Below are positions 9,881 to 18,749 of a DNA stretch of 64,000 bases, one piece after another. The position numbers and the translations under genes were made by a program. The stretch is taken from positions 2,565-66,564 of the forward strand of contig DEFJ01000025.1 in the NCBI GenBank assembly GCA_002350725.1, in the 5' to 3' direction. The stretch's first letter is position 1. Every line of letters begins with the position of its first letter. The notes below the pieces were generated by a model. That model saw nothing but the letters and a program-made list of their open reading frames with translations. It did no database searches and had not been told where the DNA came from. The DNA is from Cyanobacteria bacterium UBA2855. Its GTDB lineage: Bacteria; Cyanobacteriota; Vampirovibrionia; Gastranaerophilales; Gastranaerophilaceae.

Positions 9881-11002
9881 ATGCTAAATATGAAAAATCT
9901 AAATCTCAAAGATAAAAGTGACAAATTATACTATATTGGCGGAATTGTTAGAGATGAAATCCTTGGAAAAGAAAGTTTCGACATTGATTTAACGTATGTC
10001 GGCAATGCAATCGAATACGCTAAGAATTGTGATATACAGATACTAAAAATTAATGAACCGTTTGGAACAGTAAGAGTTCTTGTTGACGGAAAGGAAGTTG
10101 ACATAGCCTCAACAAGAAAGGAGATTTACGAAAAAGCAGGGCATTTACCGACAGTTACGGAAATCGGTTGTTCTCTTAAAGATGATGTCTTAAGAAGAGA
10201 TTTTACCATAAACGCAATGGCAAAAAATTATAACACCGGAGAGGTTATCGACTATACCGGAGGATTAAACGACATAAAAAATAAAACAATCAGAGTATTA
10301 CATGACAAGAGTTTCATTGATGACCCTACAAGAATTATAAGGGCGCTTAAATTTTCTGTTCGCTTTGATTTTACGCTTGACAAGCATACAGAAGAATTAA
10401 GGGAGGATTATCTGAAAAATATAAACTATGATATGAGTTTTAAAAGAGTAAAAAAAGAGTTGATTGAAACCTTTAATCTAAATTCTCAAAAAGCATATGA
10501 CGAATTTATGGATAAAAATATCTATAAGCTTGTTACGAAAAAAACAGTAAATAAGCCCACAGTAAATATTGAAAATTTGATAAACAAGTATAAATCCGAA
10601 ATTAACCCCAAAAACATATGGCTGATATATGTTGGAACACTGATAGATTTAACCAATCTTGAATTAACAAAAGAAGAACAAAATATATTAAATGAATATA
10701 AAAACCTGAAGCAATCAACATATACGTCAGATTTTGATATATACAAAATCTTTTCAGATTGCACGACAGAAGCCATCTTGTTATATGCTATTCTTGACGA
10801 TGAAAAAAATGCAACAAGATTTTTAGATAAATTAAAACGGATAAAAATCTCAATAGGCGGAGAAGAACTTAAAACTATTGGAATTAAGCCTTCAAAGAAA
10901 TATCAAGAATGTTTTGATTACATTTTAAAAGAAAAACTAAATAATCCCGAAATTTCTACTCAAGAAGAGCTTAAACTTGCGAGATTATTTTTTGGATTAT
11001 AA
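9881..11002 (+). CDS. Class-II tRNA nucleotidyltransferase / poly(A) polymerase family protein (CCA- or A-adding)
   Basis: YYIGGIVRDEILGK...DIDL head-domain motif and RRDFTINAMA motif of the PolyA_pol family. Confidence 0.8.
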   Translation: MLNMKNLNLKDKSDKLYYIGGIVRDEILGKESFDIDLTYVGNAIEYAKNCDIQILKINEPFGTVRVLVDGKEVDIASTRKEIYEKAGHLPTVTEIGCSLKDDVLRRDFTINAMAKNYNTGEVIDYTGGLNDIKNKTIRVLHDKSFIDDPTRIIRALKFSVRFDFTLDKHTEELREDYLKNINYDMSFKRVKKELIETFNLNSQKAYDEFMDKNIYKLVTKKTVNKPTVNIENLINKYKSEINPKNIWLIYVGTLIDLTNLELTKEEQNILNEYKNLKQSTYTSDFDIYKIFSDCTTEAILLYAILDDEKNATRFLDKLKRIKISIGGEELKTIGIKPSKKYQECFDYILKEKLNNPEISTQEELKLARLFFGL

Positions 11003-11012
11003 AATTTGTCTA

Positions 11013-11345
11013 CTATGCCAATGAATAGCTCATTTCTTCTTTTATTTCCTGACTTAAACGCTGACGAACCTGACCATATTCAGCCTCAACCATTTCTAAC
11101 TGAATTTGATATTCTTGCATTTGCTGATTTAGTCTTTCTTCCATAATCTTTATTTTAGCTTGACGCTGTTGCAAAGTTTTCATTACAGGAGAATCGGGAT
11201 CATAGTCTGTTCCGACCTTCATCAAATCATCACCTGCATTGACTAAACTGGATTTTGTTGATGTGATTTCAGAAATTTTGAACTGCAAGTCCATTTTTCG
11301 ACCTTGCAATTGACGTAACCTTAAAGTATCACTAATCATTCCCAT
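11013..11345 (-). CDS. 110-aa 'termini-only' mini-paralog of the filament-like family
   Basis: Starts MGMISDTLRLRQLQGRK, which aligns without gaps to MGMAASQARWLALTARK of the 414/497-aa proteins. The C-terminal heptad helix (AKIKIMEERLNQQMQEYQIQLEMVEAEY...) resembles their C-terminal helix. SD aaggaag is present. Confidence 0.7.
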   Translation of the reverse strand: MGMISDTLRLRQLQGRKMDLQFKISEITSTKSSLVNAGDDLMKVGTDYDPDSPVMKTLQQRQAKIKIMEERLNQQMQEYQIQLEMVEAEYGQVRQRLSQEIKEEMSYSLA

Positions 11346-11359
11346 TTTCTTTGCTTCCT

Positions 11360-11635
11360 TTATCTGGTTTCATTCAGATTGTTTCCCCTTAGAAAGCTGT
11401 GTTGGTTATTTTCTGCTATCAGCTGCTCCATCTTTCTGAACTGATGTTGGTGATAATTTAGTCTGTACTGAGCCATTTTTAATTTCTTTTTCATGGTCAG
11501 AAAGTCTTTTATGCCTTCCACAATCGAGTTCATCAAGGATTTTAGAGGACTCTTTCTGATGATAAAGTTCTTTGAATATATCAAGAAATCGAACATTCTT
11601 TTTATATTCATCTCTAAAGTATCTTGAAGCGCCAT
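11360..11635 (-). CDS. Hypothetical basic protein (91 aa)
   Basis: Good SD (taggag, 8 nt upstream). Ends 14 nt upstream of the 110-aa gene, so the two are probably co-transcribed. Confidence 0.6.
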   Translation of the reverse strand: MALQDTLEMNIKRMFDFLIYSKNFIIRKSPLKSLMNSIVEGIKDFLTMKKKLKMAQYRLNYHQHQFRKMEQLIAENNQHSFLRGNNLNETR

Positions 11636-11861
11636 GTTTATCTACTCCTATAACACTTTAGATTTCTACATGTATATAAAAACATAGGTTCACAAAATAT
11701 TGCTTATTTTGTAACATGTTCTTAACATGTCTTAATCTAATGTGTTTTTCCATATTACTCAAAGAATGATTTGCTCACTCTCCGATATATATATCGGAAA
11801 AAAGTTAAAAAACTTTAACACATAATCATTAATACAATATAATATGTAATATTTTTTTACA

Positions 11862-12698
11862 TTATAAGTTTTGAATAGCTTTACTATCGCTGTCAATAGA
11901 CTCTTTAAGCATTTTCTTGACAACATCACCTTGAGTATCAAGCATCTTACAAACAGTTTCGATATTTCTTACTTTATTTGAAAGAATAGCATCAGCATTA
12001 GCGGTAATATTGCCTGTAACTCTTTGATAAGCAGCAAGAGCAGGAGTTGTAATACCTTGCATCAAGTTCCCCATAACAAGTGCAGGCAATCCATATTCAC
12101 CCAAATATGGCGCTGCTGATTGCATAATACCGCCCCAACCTGAAATCATACCGGCAACAGGAAGAACAATATTTCTACCGACAAAACCGTAACCGTTTGC
12201 AGCACCGACACCGTATGCTGCAGCACTTGCAACGTCGGCAATACCGCCTACACCTGAAGCAAAACCTGTCGGAGTACCTGAAACAGAAGACCAGGAAGTT
12301 GCACTATCAGTACCCCAGCCTGACAATGCTGAAGCACCGCCTGTTGCAAAACCTTCAGACCAAGAAATAGGTGCTGCCCCACCGGGAAAACCCGAATAAT
12401 TATATAAAGAATTCAAACCAAAAGCTGAACCGCCGTTTAATCCTGAATAATATGAAGTCCCGGGAATATTCATTGTCTCCGAACTTCCAAATAAATTTGC
12501 ATAAGAGGACGGTGCCATTAAGCTTGCCAACCTGTATAAGAAGCTGCCTGACATACCCCAACCGGTACCTTGGCCTGAACCTGAAATTGTCAAATCTCTT
12601 AACTGGTCATAAGTTTCCCAAAGTTGAGCTTTCGCATCAGACCCTGCGGATCCAAATTTGTTTGCTATTACAAGATAACTATCATTCTTATATGACAT
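11862..12698 (-). CDS. Gly/Ser/Ala/Tyr/Trp low-complexity protein with ordered helical C-terminus (278 aa)
   Basis: SD agagagg. Sits 34 nt downstream of the 414-aa filament-like gene. The long middle region resembles SGSGQGTGWGMSGSF...GGASALSGWGTDSATSWSSVSGTPTGFASGVGG. No signal peptide. Confidence 0.7.
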   Translation of the reverse strand: MSYKNDSYLVIANKFGSAGSDAKAQLWETYDQLRDLTISGSGQGTGWGMSGSFLYRLASLMAPSSYANLFGSSETMNIPGTSYYSGLNGGSAFGLNSLYNYSGFPGGAAPISWSEGFATGGASALSGWGTDSATSWSSVSGTPTGFASGVGGIADVASAAAYGVGAANGYGFVGRNIVLPVAGMISGWGGIMQSAAPYLGEYGLPALVMGNLMQGITTPALAAYQRVTGNITANADAILSNKVRNIETVCKMLDTQGDVVKKMLKESIDSDSKAIQNL

Positions 12699-12732
12699 TT
12701 TTGCCTCTCTTTACTTATTTGTATTAAGCTAA

Positions 12733-13977
12733 TTATGATTCGAAAGTCTTGAATGTAGATTCAATATTCTTCTGAATTACTTTTTGTACAGCTTCCATTT
12801 CGGTTTGTAATGCTTCTTGTTCCGTATCAAGCTGTCTTAATCTCAATTCAAGGGTTCTATCCTGTTCTTGAATTTTTTCTGTCTTTGCATTGATATCTGC
12901 AATCCTTTTTTCATAAACTTCCATCTTATAATGATATTGATTCATCGCATCTTCATATGCAGCCGTATCGGTTTTTGTGTTGGTTGATACAGGATATGTA
13001 GCTGAAGAATCTTCGTATCTTATAGATTGAATTCTGCCTTCATCGTTTATGTCGACAATAGCTTTTTGTTTATTTTCAATTTTTGTTGACAAGTCTTGTG
13101 CTACATAATAAGCCAGTTTTGATTGGTTTTCTGTAGGGGCTTTAGGGTCAGGACCGCTTTTTGAACATGTTTCTAAATCCTTTGCACAGGCGTACCTTAC
13201 TTGACCTTGGAATACCCATTTATAAATTTCAGACGGTTTTGATTTTGCAAAATTTGAATTTGGCCAATCTCTACAAATTTGTTCATATGCAGCTTTATCC
13301 GTAGTATCTTCTGGGTCATAACTTTGCAAATTTGATGTTCCTACATATTTCGGGATATTTGTTTTTGAATAATAATCCGGAACCATTTCTGCAGTAGAAG
13401 CAAGAGCATCGGAATAGGTGAAATGAATTTGACCGTCGCTTCCTGTGTATGTCATTAATGCAGATTTTTTCTTACCAATTTCCGGATAATTTTCAATGAT
13501 ATTTTCATAAGCCGTTCTCTGTGCTTCAACATTTTGGTCGTATGGAGTAACATGAGCTCCTTTAATATAATATTCATCACCTTGTTTTGTAATATCAATT
13601 CTTTCAATATAATCTTTTACACCTGAAGTGCCCATCGCAACCTGCGGATTTACAAGCATATTTTCAATACCCGTATAAACATCAGCATAATGAAAGTGAG
13701 TAACCATATAATTATATCCGCCCGGATCATTGTTTAACAAAGACATTTCTTCGATTGTTTCACTAATTGTTCCGTCCATATAAGTATATTCAAGCTTAGT
13801 AAAATCCTGTGTACTAGGAGCCGTTGGAACTTCAAGAGCCAATAACTCATTAAAGGTATTTGCACTCTTCATCGCAAGGGCTGTACGCGCCTGATTTACC
13901 TGCTGACCTTCATATTCTACGTTAGTTTTTCTTGCCGTTAATGCAAGCCATCTTGCTTGCGATGCTGCCATACCCAT
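12733..13977 (-). CDS. Filament-like protein, paralog 1 (414 aa): conserved N/C-terminal helices, variable core
   Basis: SD aaggaga. The N-terminal ~65 aa and C-terminal ~85 aa are clearly homologous to ORF 41562..43055, while the middle is unalignable. Confidence 0.85.
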   Translation of the reverse strand: MGMAASQARWLALTARKTNVEYEGQQVNQARTALAMKSANTFNELLALEVPTAPSTQDFTKLEYTYMDGTISETIEEMSLLNNDPGGYNYMVTHFHYADVYTGIENMLVNPQVAMGTSGVKDYIERIDITKQGDEYYIKGAHVTPYDQNVEAQRTAYENIIENYPEIGKKKSALMTYTGSDGQIHFTYSDALASTAEMVPDYYSKTNIPKYVGTSNLQSYDPEDTTDKAAYEQICRDWPNSNFAKSKPSEIYKWVFQGQVRYACAKDLETCSKSGPDPKAPTENQSKLAYYVAQDLSTKIENKQKAIVDINDEGRIQSIRYEDSSATYPVSTNTKTDTAAYEDAMNQYHYKMEVYEKRIADINAKTEKIQEQDRTLELRLRQLDTEQEALQTEMEAVQKVIQKNIESTFKTFES

Positions 13978-14070
13978 AAGCAGTTCTCCTTATGTATATA
14001 TATTTATCCTGTCTACTACATTGAACTTTTTAATGATTATTTTTTAAAAGTCAATATATCCTACAATATA

Positions 14071-14098
14071 TTATACGGCACTATGTTTTAATTATTTT
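14071..14098 (-). promoter_or_regulatory. Candidate sigma-28-like promoter (AAAA-N15-GCCGTATAA) for filament paralog 1
   Basis: The minus-strand 11-mer AGTGCCGTATA is shared with the paralog-2 upstream region. It resembles the FliA/SigD -10 GCCGATAA. There is no TTGACA -35, unlike other promoters in the window. Confidence 0.35.
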
Positions 14099-14169
14099 GC
14101 TATTATGCTCAAAAATACAACATTTACTGTAGAAAAATCTATACATATACATTGCCTATATGACATACT

Positions 14170-14200
14170 AAAAGCACCCTAATTATACAAGGGTGCTTTT
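14170..14200. terminator. Bidirectional rho-independent terminator downstream of rpsA
   Basis: aaaAGCACCCtaattatacaaGGGTGCTtttt: a 7-bp GC-rich stem flanked by an A-run and a T-run. Confidence 0.75.
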
Positions 14201-14226
14201 ATATATTATATAATAATGCAGAACAA

Positions 14227-15294
14227 CTATTCAGCCGATTCAACACCATCATTTGGCTCATCAATTGTGAGGGCAATTCTCTTGTCGTTAGGATTAAACT
14301 TAAGGATATAAGTCATTACTTTATCCCCAACTTGTAAAATATTACCGCCTCTATTTTGGAGTTCGACAACTTCATTATGAGGTAATAACGCTTCAACACC
14401 AGGGAATACCTCTACGAATGCGCCAAAATGCTTAATTCTTGTGATAGTACCTTCAATCTTGTCCCCCTCTTTGATTTGCTTTTCAGCTTCCACCCAAGGG
14501 TCAGGTTCAAGATTTTTCAAACTCAAAGAAACACGTTGTTTTTCATGGTCAACAGCGATAACTTCGACATCAATTTGGTCACCTACATTAAGAACATCTG
14601 TCGGATGATCAATCCATCTCCATGAAAGTTGAGAAAGCGGAAGTAAACCATCAATACCGCCAAGGTCAACAAACGCACCAAAATCAGTAATTCTTACTAC
14701 ATCACCCTTCAGCACTTGACCGGCTTCGATTTGAGAGAATACGGTTTTTCTTGCTTCAACAACACTATCATCATATACTTTCTTATTTGATAAAATAAAA
14801 TTATTTTGCTGACTGTCAAGAGTTAATATCTTCAACTCAATTTTTGAGCCTACTTCAAAATCAGATTCTTTACTTCTTAACTGAGAAGAAGGAACAAAAC
14901 CTCTAACCCCTGATACTTCAACAAGAATACCACCTTTAACTATTCCGGCAATTGTACCGAGAATTGTTTCATCGGCTTCCTTAATTTTTTCAAGTTCTTT
15001 CCAAGCATAAGCAAAATCAACTTTTTTACGAGAAAGAAGGAATTTCCCATCTTCATCTTCTTCTCTTATAATTAAAAATTCATATTCCTTACCCTTTTCG
15101 AACTTATCTTCAACTTTTTCATCTTTGTCAACAGCTTCTCTGGTTGGGACCACTGCAATAGTCTTAGCACCAATATCAACCATTACGCCTTGACCGTCAT
15201 ACCCGCAAACAATGCCTTTTATAAGGTCACCTTTTTGAAACTTATAATCATATTGCTTTAGCAGTTCTTCAAAATCTAATTCTTTTGATGTCAT
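14227..15294 (-). CDS. rpsA: 30S ribosomal protein S1 (4 S1 domains)
   Basis: Repeated S1 OB-fold signatures (G.V..I...GA.VD.GG..G.LP.S). The start MTSKELDF at 15294 has SGGAG upstream. Confidence 0.9.
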   Translation of the reverse strand: MTSKELDFEELLKQYDYKFQKGDLIKGIVCGYDGQGVMVDIGAKTIAVVPTREAVDKDEKVEDKFEKGKEYEFLIIREEDEDGKFLLSRKKVDFAYAWKELEKIKEADETILGTIAGIVKGGILVEVSGVRGFVPSSQLRSKESDFEVGSKIELKILTLDSQQNNFILSNKKVYDDSVVEARKTVFSQIEAGQVLKGDVVRITDFGAFVDLGGIDGLLPLSQLSWRWIDHPTDVLNVGDQIDVEVIAVDHEKQRVSLSLKNLEPDPWVEAEKQIKEGDKIEGTITRIKHFGAFVEVFPGVEALLPHNEVVELQNRGGNILQVGDKVMTYILKFNPNDKRIALTIDEPNDGVESAE

Positions 15295-15416
15295 TTCCAC
15301 TCCATTTTCTAAGACTAATCTGATAAACTTTTTACACATTCTAGCAAAGGGTTGTCAATTTGTAAATATTTTTTAACATTATGTTACATGTCTTTGTTAT
15401 TACAAGTTTTTGAATG

Positions 15417-15443
15417 TAAAAGAGCCTTATTTAAAGGCTCTTT
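15417..15443 (-). terminator. Rho-independent terminator after the GH57 gene
   Basis: AGAGCCTtatttaaAGGCTCT hairpin, followed by TTTT on the minus strand. Confidence 0.7.
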
Positions 15444-15447
15444 ACAT

Positions 15448-17955
15448 TTATAATTCTCTATCTAAAATATTCTGATAAAAATCAGTATTGATATTCAATC
15501 TACACCCTATATCCAAAAGCATCTGAGCAAAATTTTTCTCGCTTCGGCGTTTTGATTTCTTGCCAACTTCAATAATTTCACCTATGCGATGATATATTCT
15601 TGTGTAATATGTATTTTGAGCCTCTGCAATATCAATCTCCAATTCCATTTTTTCCGCATAATCAAACAATTCCATCAAAAGCTCTGCCTGCTGAAATTCA
15701 AGACTGTATGCCAAACGATTAATATTTTGCTCTATTTTTTTTGCAAAAATTTTATTCGCCTGAGTTTTATCCAATTTTAGGTTTATTACTTTTGCCTCGT
15801 AGTTTATACCCTTTATCAGCTGCAAATCTGACTCATCTACAAAACCGCCGGCCTCGACAACAATGTCGTTAAACTTCTTACTCAAGGCATATTTTGCAGC
15901 AATCTTAAACTCTTCAGGTAATTCGACACCAAGCTCCTGCATTTGCCCAATAGAGCCCTTTGCCTCATTATATAAAGCTTGATAAGTTTGAGCAAAACGC
16001 TTCATTTTATTCCTCAACAATATTTGAAGAATTTTTCTCCTTTCCTCAATAAAAATATCCTTTAGTGTAAAATATTCTTTACCAAAAGCCTCATCCAAAG
16101 CTCGAATAATTTCTGTTATAGGGTTTTGTCTGAAAGTATTTATTAAAGATTGCTTTATATTTTGATACTCATCAGCATCAGAATACTCTTTTATTGAACA
16201 ATGGAAATCCCCATCCGCATATTGCATTAAAGCAAACATCAGATTAGACCTTTGTCCAGTAATACCCGACAACACCTCGATATGCCCAACAGCAAGAGTT
16301 GAGCTGCCTTTTTGAATATGCTCATAATCCTTACGAGTAACGGTATAGCAATATATATTTTCTTCATCCTCAAAATCTTCATACAAAGAAGAAACTGCCC
16401 ATACGCATGCTATTTGCTTAAGGGTAACAATCGAAGGTCGCACAAATCTTTCAAATATATCTTTACCCGTCCCAAACTCAGGAATATTACTTTTTGCTTC
16501 TGATAAAATCTCCAAAAATCTCTTTTCAAGATTTTTACCGGTAAATTTCGCAGCCAATTGCATTGCACGTGCTGCATACTTCATGATTTGAACAGTTTCA
16601 ATGCCCGATATTTCAGAGAAAAACCAACCGCAGCTTGTGTACATAAGCATTGCCTGACGCTGAATTTCCAATAATTCCATAGCTCTTACTTTATCTTCAT
16701 CAGATAAATCTTTTAAGAAATTATCACGCTGGAAACTTTCCATATTCATACGACTTCTATCCAATACAACGCGGATATAATCATTACGAACAGCCCAAAC
16801 ATCTTCAAAATATTTTGCACCTTCTTTTTCAAAAACCTTTACAAGCTCATCTCTTAAATAATCAAGAGCCTCTCTAAGAGGTTTTCTCCATTTTTGGTTC
16901 CAACCCGGATGTCCGCCTGTTGAACATCCGCAATCTTCCTTCCATCTTCCTACGCCGTGAAAACAGCTCCAAGAAGAACCTTGTTTTATATCAACCTCAT
17001 AGTTACTTCTATATTGTGATAAATACTCTGCATAATTTGTTATTTTAAAGCCTTCGGACTCTGCTCTGACCTTTACAACATATGCAAGCGCCATATCACC
17101 AAATTTTGTATGATGGCCGTAACTTTCACCATCCGTCGCTATATTTATAAGTTGAGGATAATCTCTTAAATCTGATATTCCTTCTTTTAAACGTTTTACG
17201 AACTTATTACCGTCTTTTAGCAACTCATCAAAAGCTACAGAACGTGAAATTGCACCATCATAGAAAAACAAATCTATATATTTTTCCGGTGCAGATTTTA
17301 TGTAATACCTGTAAGAACGAGCAGGATCAATATTTCCCCAACTTACATCCTGCCAATTATTTGTACCTTCTTCTCGAATTTGAGCAGCCTGATAAGGAGA
17401 AAGAACAACAAACTTTATGCCGTTAGCTTCACAAACTCTTAAGGTATCATCATCAACAGCAGTTTCAGCAAGCCATATGCCTTCCGGTTTTCTGCCAAAA
17501 CGATATTCAAAATCGTAAATTCCCCATTTTACTTGAGTTTCCTTGTCATGTTCATTTGCAAGCGGCATTATCATATGATTGTATACTTGAGCCATTGCAT
17601 TACCATGCCCGTTATGAGTTACTCTACTTTCAATATCAGCCTTTATTACCCTTTCATATGTGTGCGGAGCAAATTTTTCCATCCAAGACAACAATGTCGG
17701 GCCAAAATTAAAACTCATATATTCGTAATTATTAACCATATCTAAAATATGGTTACGGTTATCAACTATTTTAGATACAGAATTAGGATTATAACATTCC
17801 CTATTTATACGCTCATTCCAATCATGAAACGGTAGCGCACTTTCTTGAAGTTCTATTGCATCAAGCCACGGATTCTCTCTCGGAGGCTGATAAAAATGTC
17901 CGTGAATTGTTAAAAAAATGTCTTTTTCGGATTTTTTCTCATCAATATCTGCCAT
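15448..17955 (-). CDS. Glycoside hydrolase family 57 alpha-glucan enzyme with C-terminal DUF3536-like region
   Basis: N-terminal HGHFYQPPRENPW motif and GH57-like catalytic region (E...WLAE.A; ATDGESYGHH). Confidence 0.9.
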   Translation of the reverse strand: MADIDEKKSEKDIFLTIHGHFYQPPRENPWLDAIELQESALPFHDWNERINRECYNPNSVSKIVDNRNHILDMVNNYEYMSFNFGPTLLSWMEKFAPHTYERVIKADIESRVTHNGHGNAMAQVYNHMIMPLANEHDKETQVKWGIYDFEYRFGRKPEGIWLAETAVDDDTLRVCEANGIKFVVLSPYQAAQIREEGTNNWQDVSWGNIDPARSYRYYIKSAPEKYIDLFFYDGAISRSVAFDELLKDGNKFVKRLKEGISDLRDYPQLINIATDGESYGHHTKFGDMALAYVVKVRAESEGFKITNYAEYLSQYRSNYEVDIKQGSSWSCFHGVGRWKEDCGCSTGGHPGWNQKWRKPLREALDYLRDELVKVFEKEGAKYFEDVWAVRNDYIRVVLDRSRMNMESFQRDNFLKDLSDEDKVRAMELLEIQRQAMLMYTSCGWFFSEISGIETVQIMKYAARAMQLAAKFTGKNLEKRFLEILSEAKSNIPEFGTGKDIFERFVRPSIVTLKQIACVWAVSSLYEDFEDEENIYCYTVTRKDYEHIQKGSSTLAVGHIEVLSGITGQRSNLMFALMQYADGDFHCSIKEYSDADEYQNIKQSLINTFRQNPITEIIRALDEAFGKEYFTLKDIFIEERRKILQILLRNKMKRFAQTYQALYNEAKGSIGQMQELGVELPEEFKIAAKYALSKKFNDIVVEAGGFVDESDLQLIKGINYEAKVINLKLDKTQANKIFAKKIEQNINRLAYSLEFQQAELLMELFDYAEKMELEIDIAEAQNTYYTRIYHRIGEIIEVGKKSKRRSEKNFAQMLLDIGCRLNINTDFYQNILDREL

Positions 17956-17999
17956 CTCTTCTCTTAACCCCTCAAAATATTACAACACTTTACTATTCG

Positions 18000-18548
18000 C
18001 TATTTTACGGCAGCAGTTTTTAATACGGTGAAGGTTTCTACACTCATCCACGCATCACCTAATGCTACAGAAAATATATTGCCTGAGACCTCAACCTCAT
18101 CACCTGAATTTAAGTCTATATGCTTTTCAGCACTCGTTCTATCGACAAATATCTTTAATTCTGACAACGGAATATCATGTCCGTATGAATCAGGTCGTTG
18201 AATTAATAATGTAATATATTTTTCAGAACTCCTGAATGCCGGCTTATAATCTAAACCCAAAGTTGAAAATTTATCAAATTTTGCTCTGAACTTCACATTT
18301 TTACCCAAATAAAACTTAGGTCTTGCAACTATTTCCAAAGGTGAAACCATTAAATAGTTTTTGGATGAAGACGGATTTGTAACAACAGCTTTTTGAGGTG
18401 TATTAACCGGCGCAGCTGCTTCAACTCTGTTGCCGTTATTCAACCTATTTATAGTTTGGATAGGATCCACAGAAGACCCATGGGCTAAGCCTAAACCAAA
18501 AGCTACTGCTAATATCAAAATTGGAGTTATAAATTTTGTCTTATTCAT
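18000..18548 (-). CDS. Secreted hypothetical protein (182 aa)
   Basis: Signal peptide MNKTKFITPILILAVAFGLGLAHG. Lies 44 nt upstream of the GH57 gene. Confidence 0.65.
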   Translation of the reverse strand: MNKTKFITPILILAVAFGLGLAHGSSVDPIQTINRLNNGNRVEAAAPVNTPQKAVVTNPSSSKNYLMVSPLEIVARPKFYLGKNVKFRAKFDKFSTLGLDYKPAFRSSEKYITLLIQRPDSYGHDIPLSELKIFVDRTSAEKHIDLNSGDEVEVSGNIFSVALGDAWMSVETFTVLKTAAVK

Positions 18549-18676
18549 TTCAGAAAATTCCCCTTATATATTTCACAAAAACATCTTAGCACAATAAAAA
18601 ATTTTTGGTAACTACCCGAGTAAATAATTTTAGCTAAATACATCCAAAATATCGGTATAACAACATATTAAAATAC

Positions 18677-18705
18677 TTGACTGAAAAAAATCATCAGGGT
18701 ATAAA
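18677..18705 (+). promoter_or_regulatory. Sigma-70-type promoter of dxs (TTGACT-17-TATAAA)
   Basis: Hexamers with 17-bp spacing, about 45 nt upstream of the dxs ATG. Confidence 0.55.
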
Positions 18706-18749
18706 AATATTATAAACAACATACGGATTAGTTTAAGAAGGAGAAATAT

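Noticed and set aside
11781-11798. 18-bp perfect palindrome TCCGATATATATATCGGA as terminator of the Gly-rich gene
   Set aside because: The U-tract precedes rather than follows the stem on the minus strand, and the plus strand has an A-run after it. A weak AT-rich hairpin GTTAAA-4-TTTAAC plus T6 (11804-11819, minus strand) is the more likely terminator. The palindrome's role is unresolved.
12733-13977. Calling the MGMAASQAR-type proteins flagellins (fliC)
   Set aside because: Only the architecture (conserved ends, variable middle) and a sigma-28-like promoter resemble flagellin. The flagellin N- and C-terminal signature blocks are absent, and no flagellar genes are in the window. They are reported as an uncharacterised filament-like family instead.
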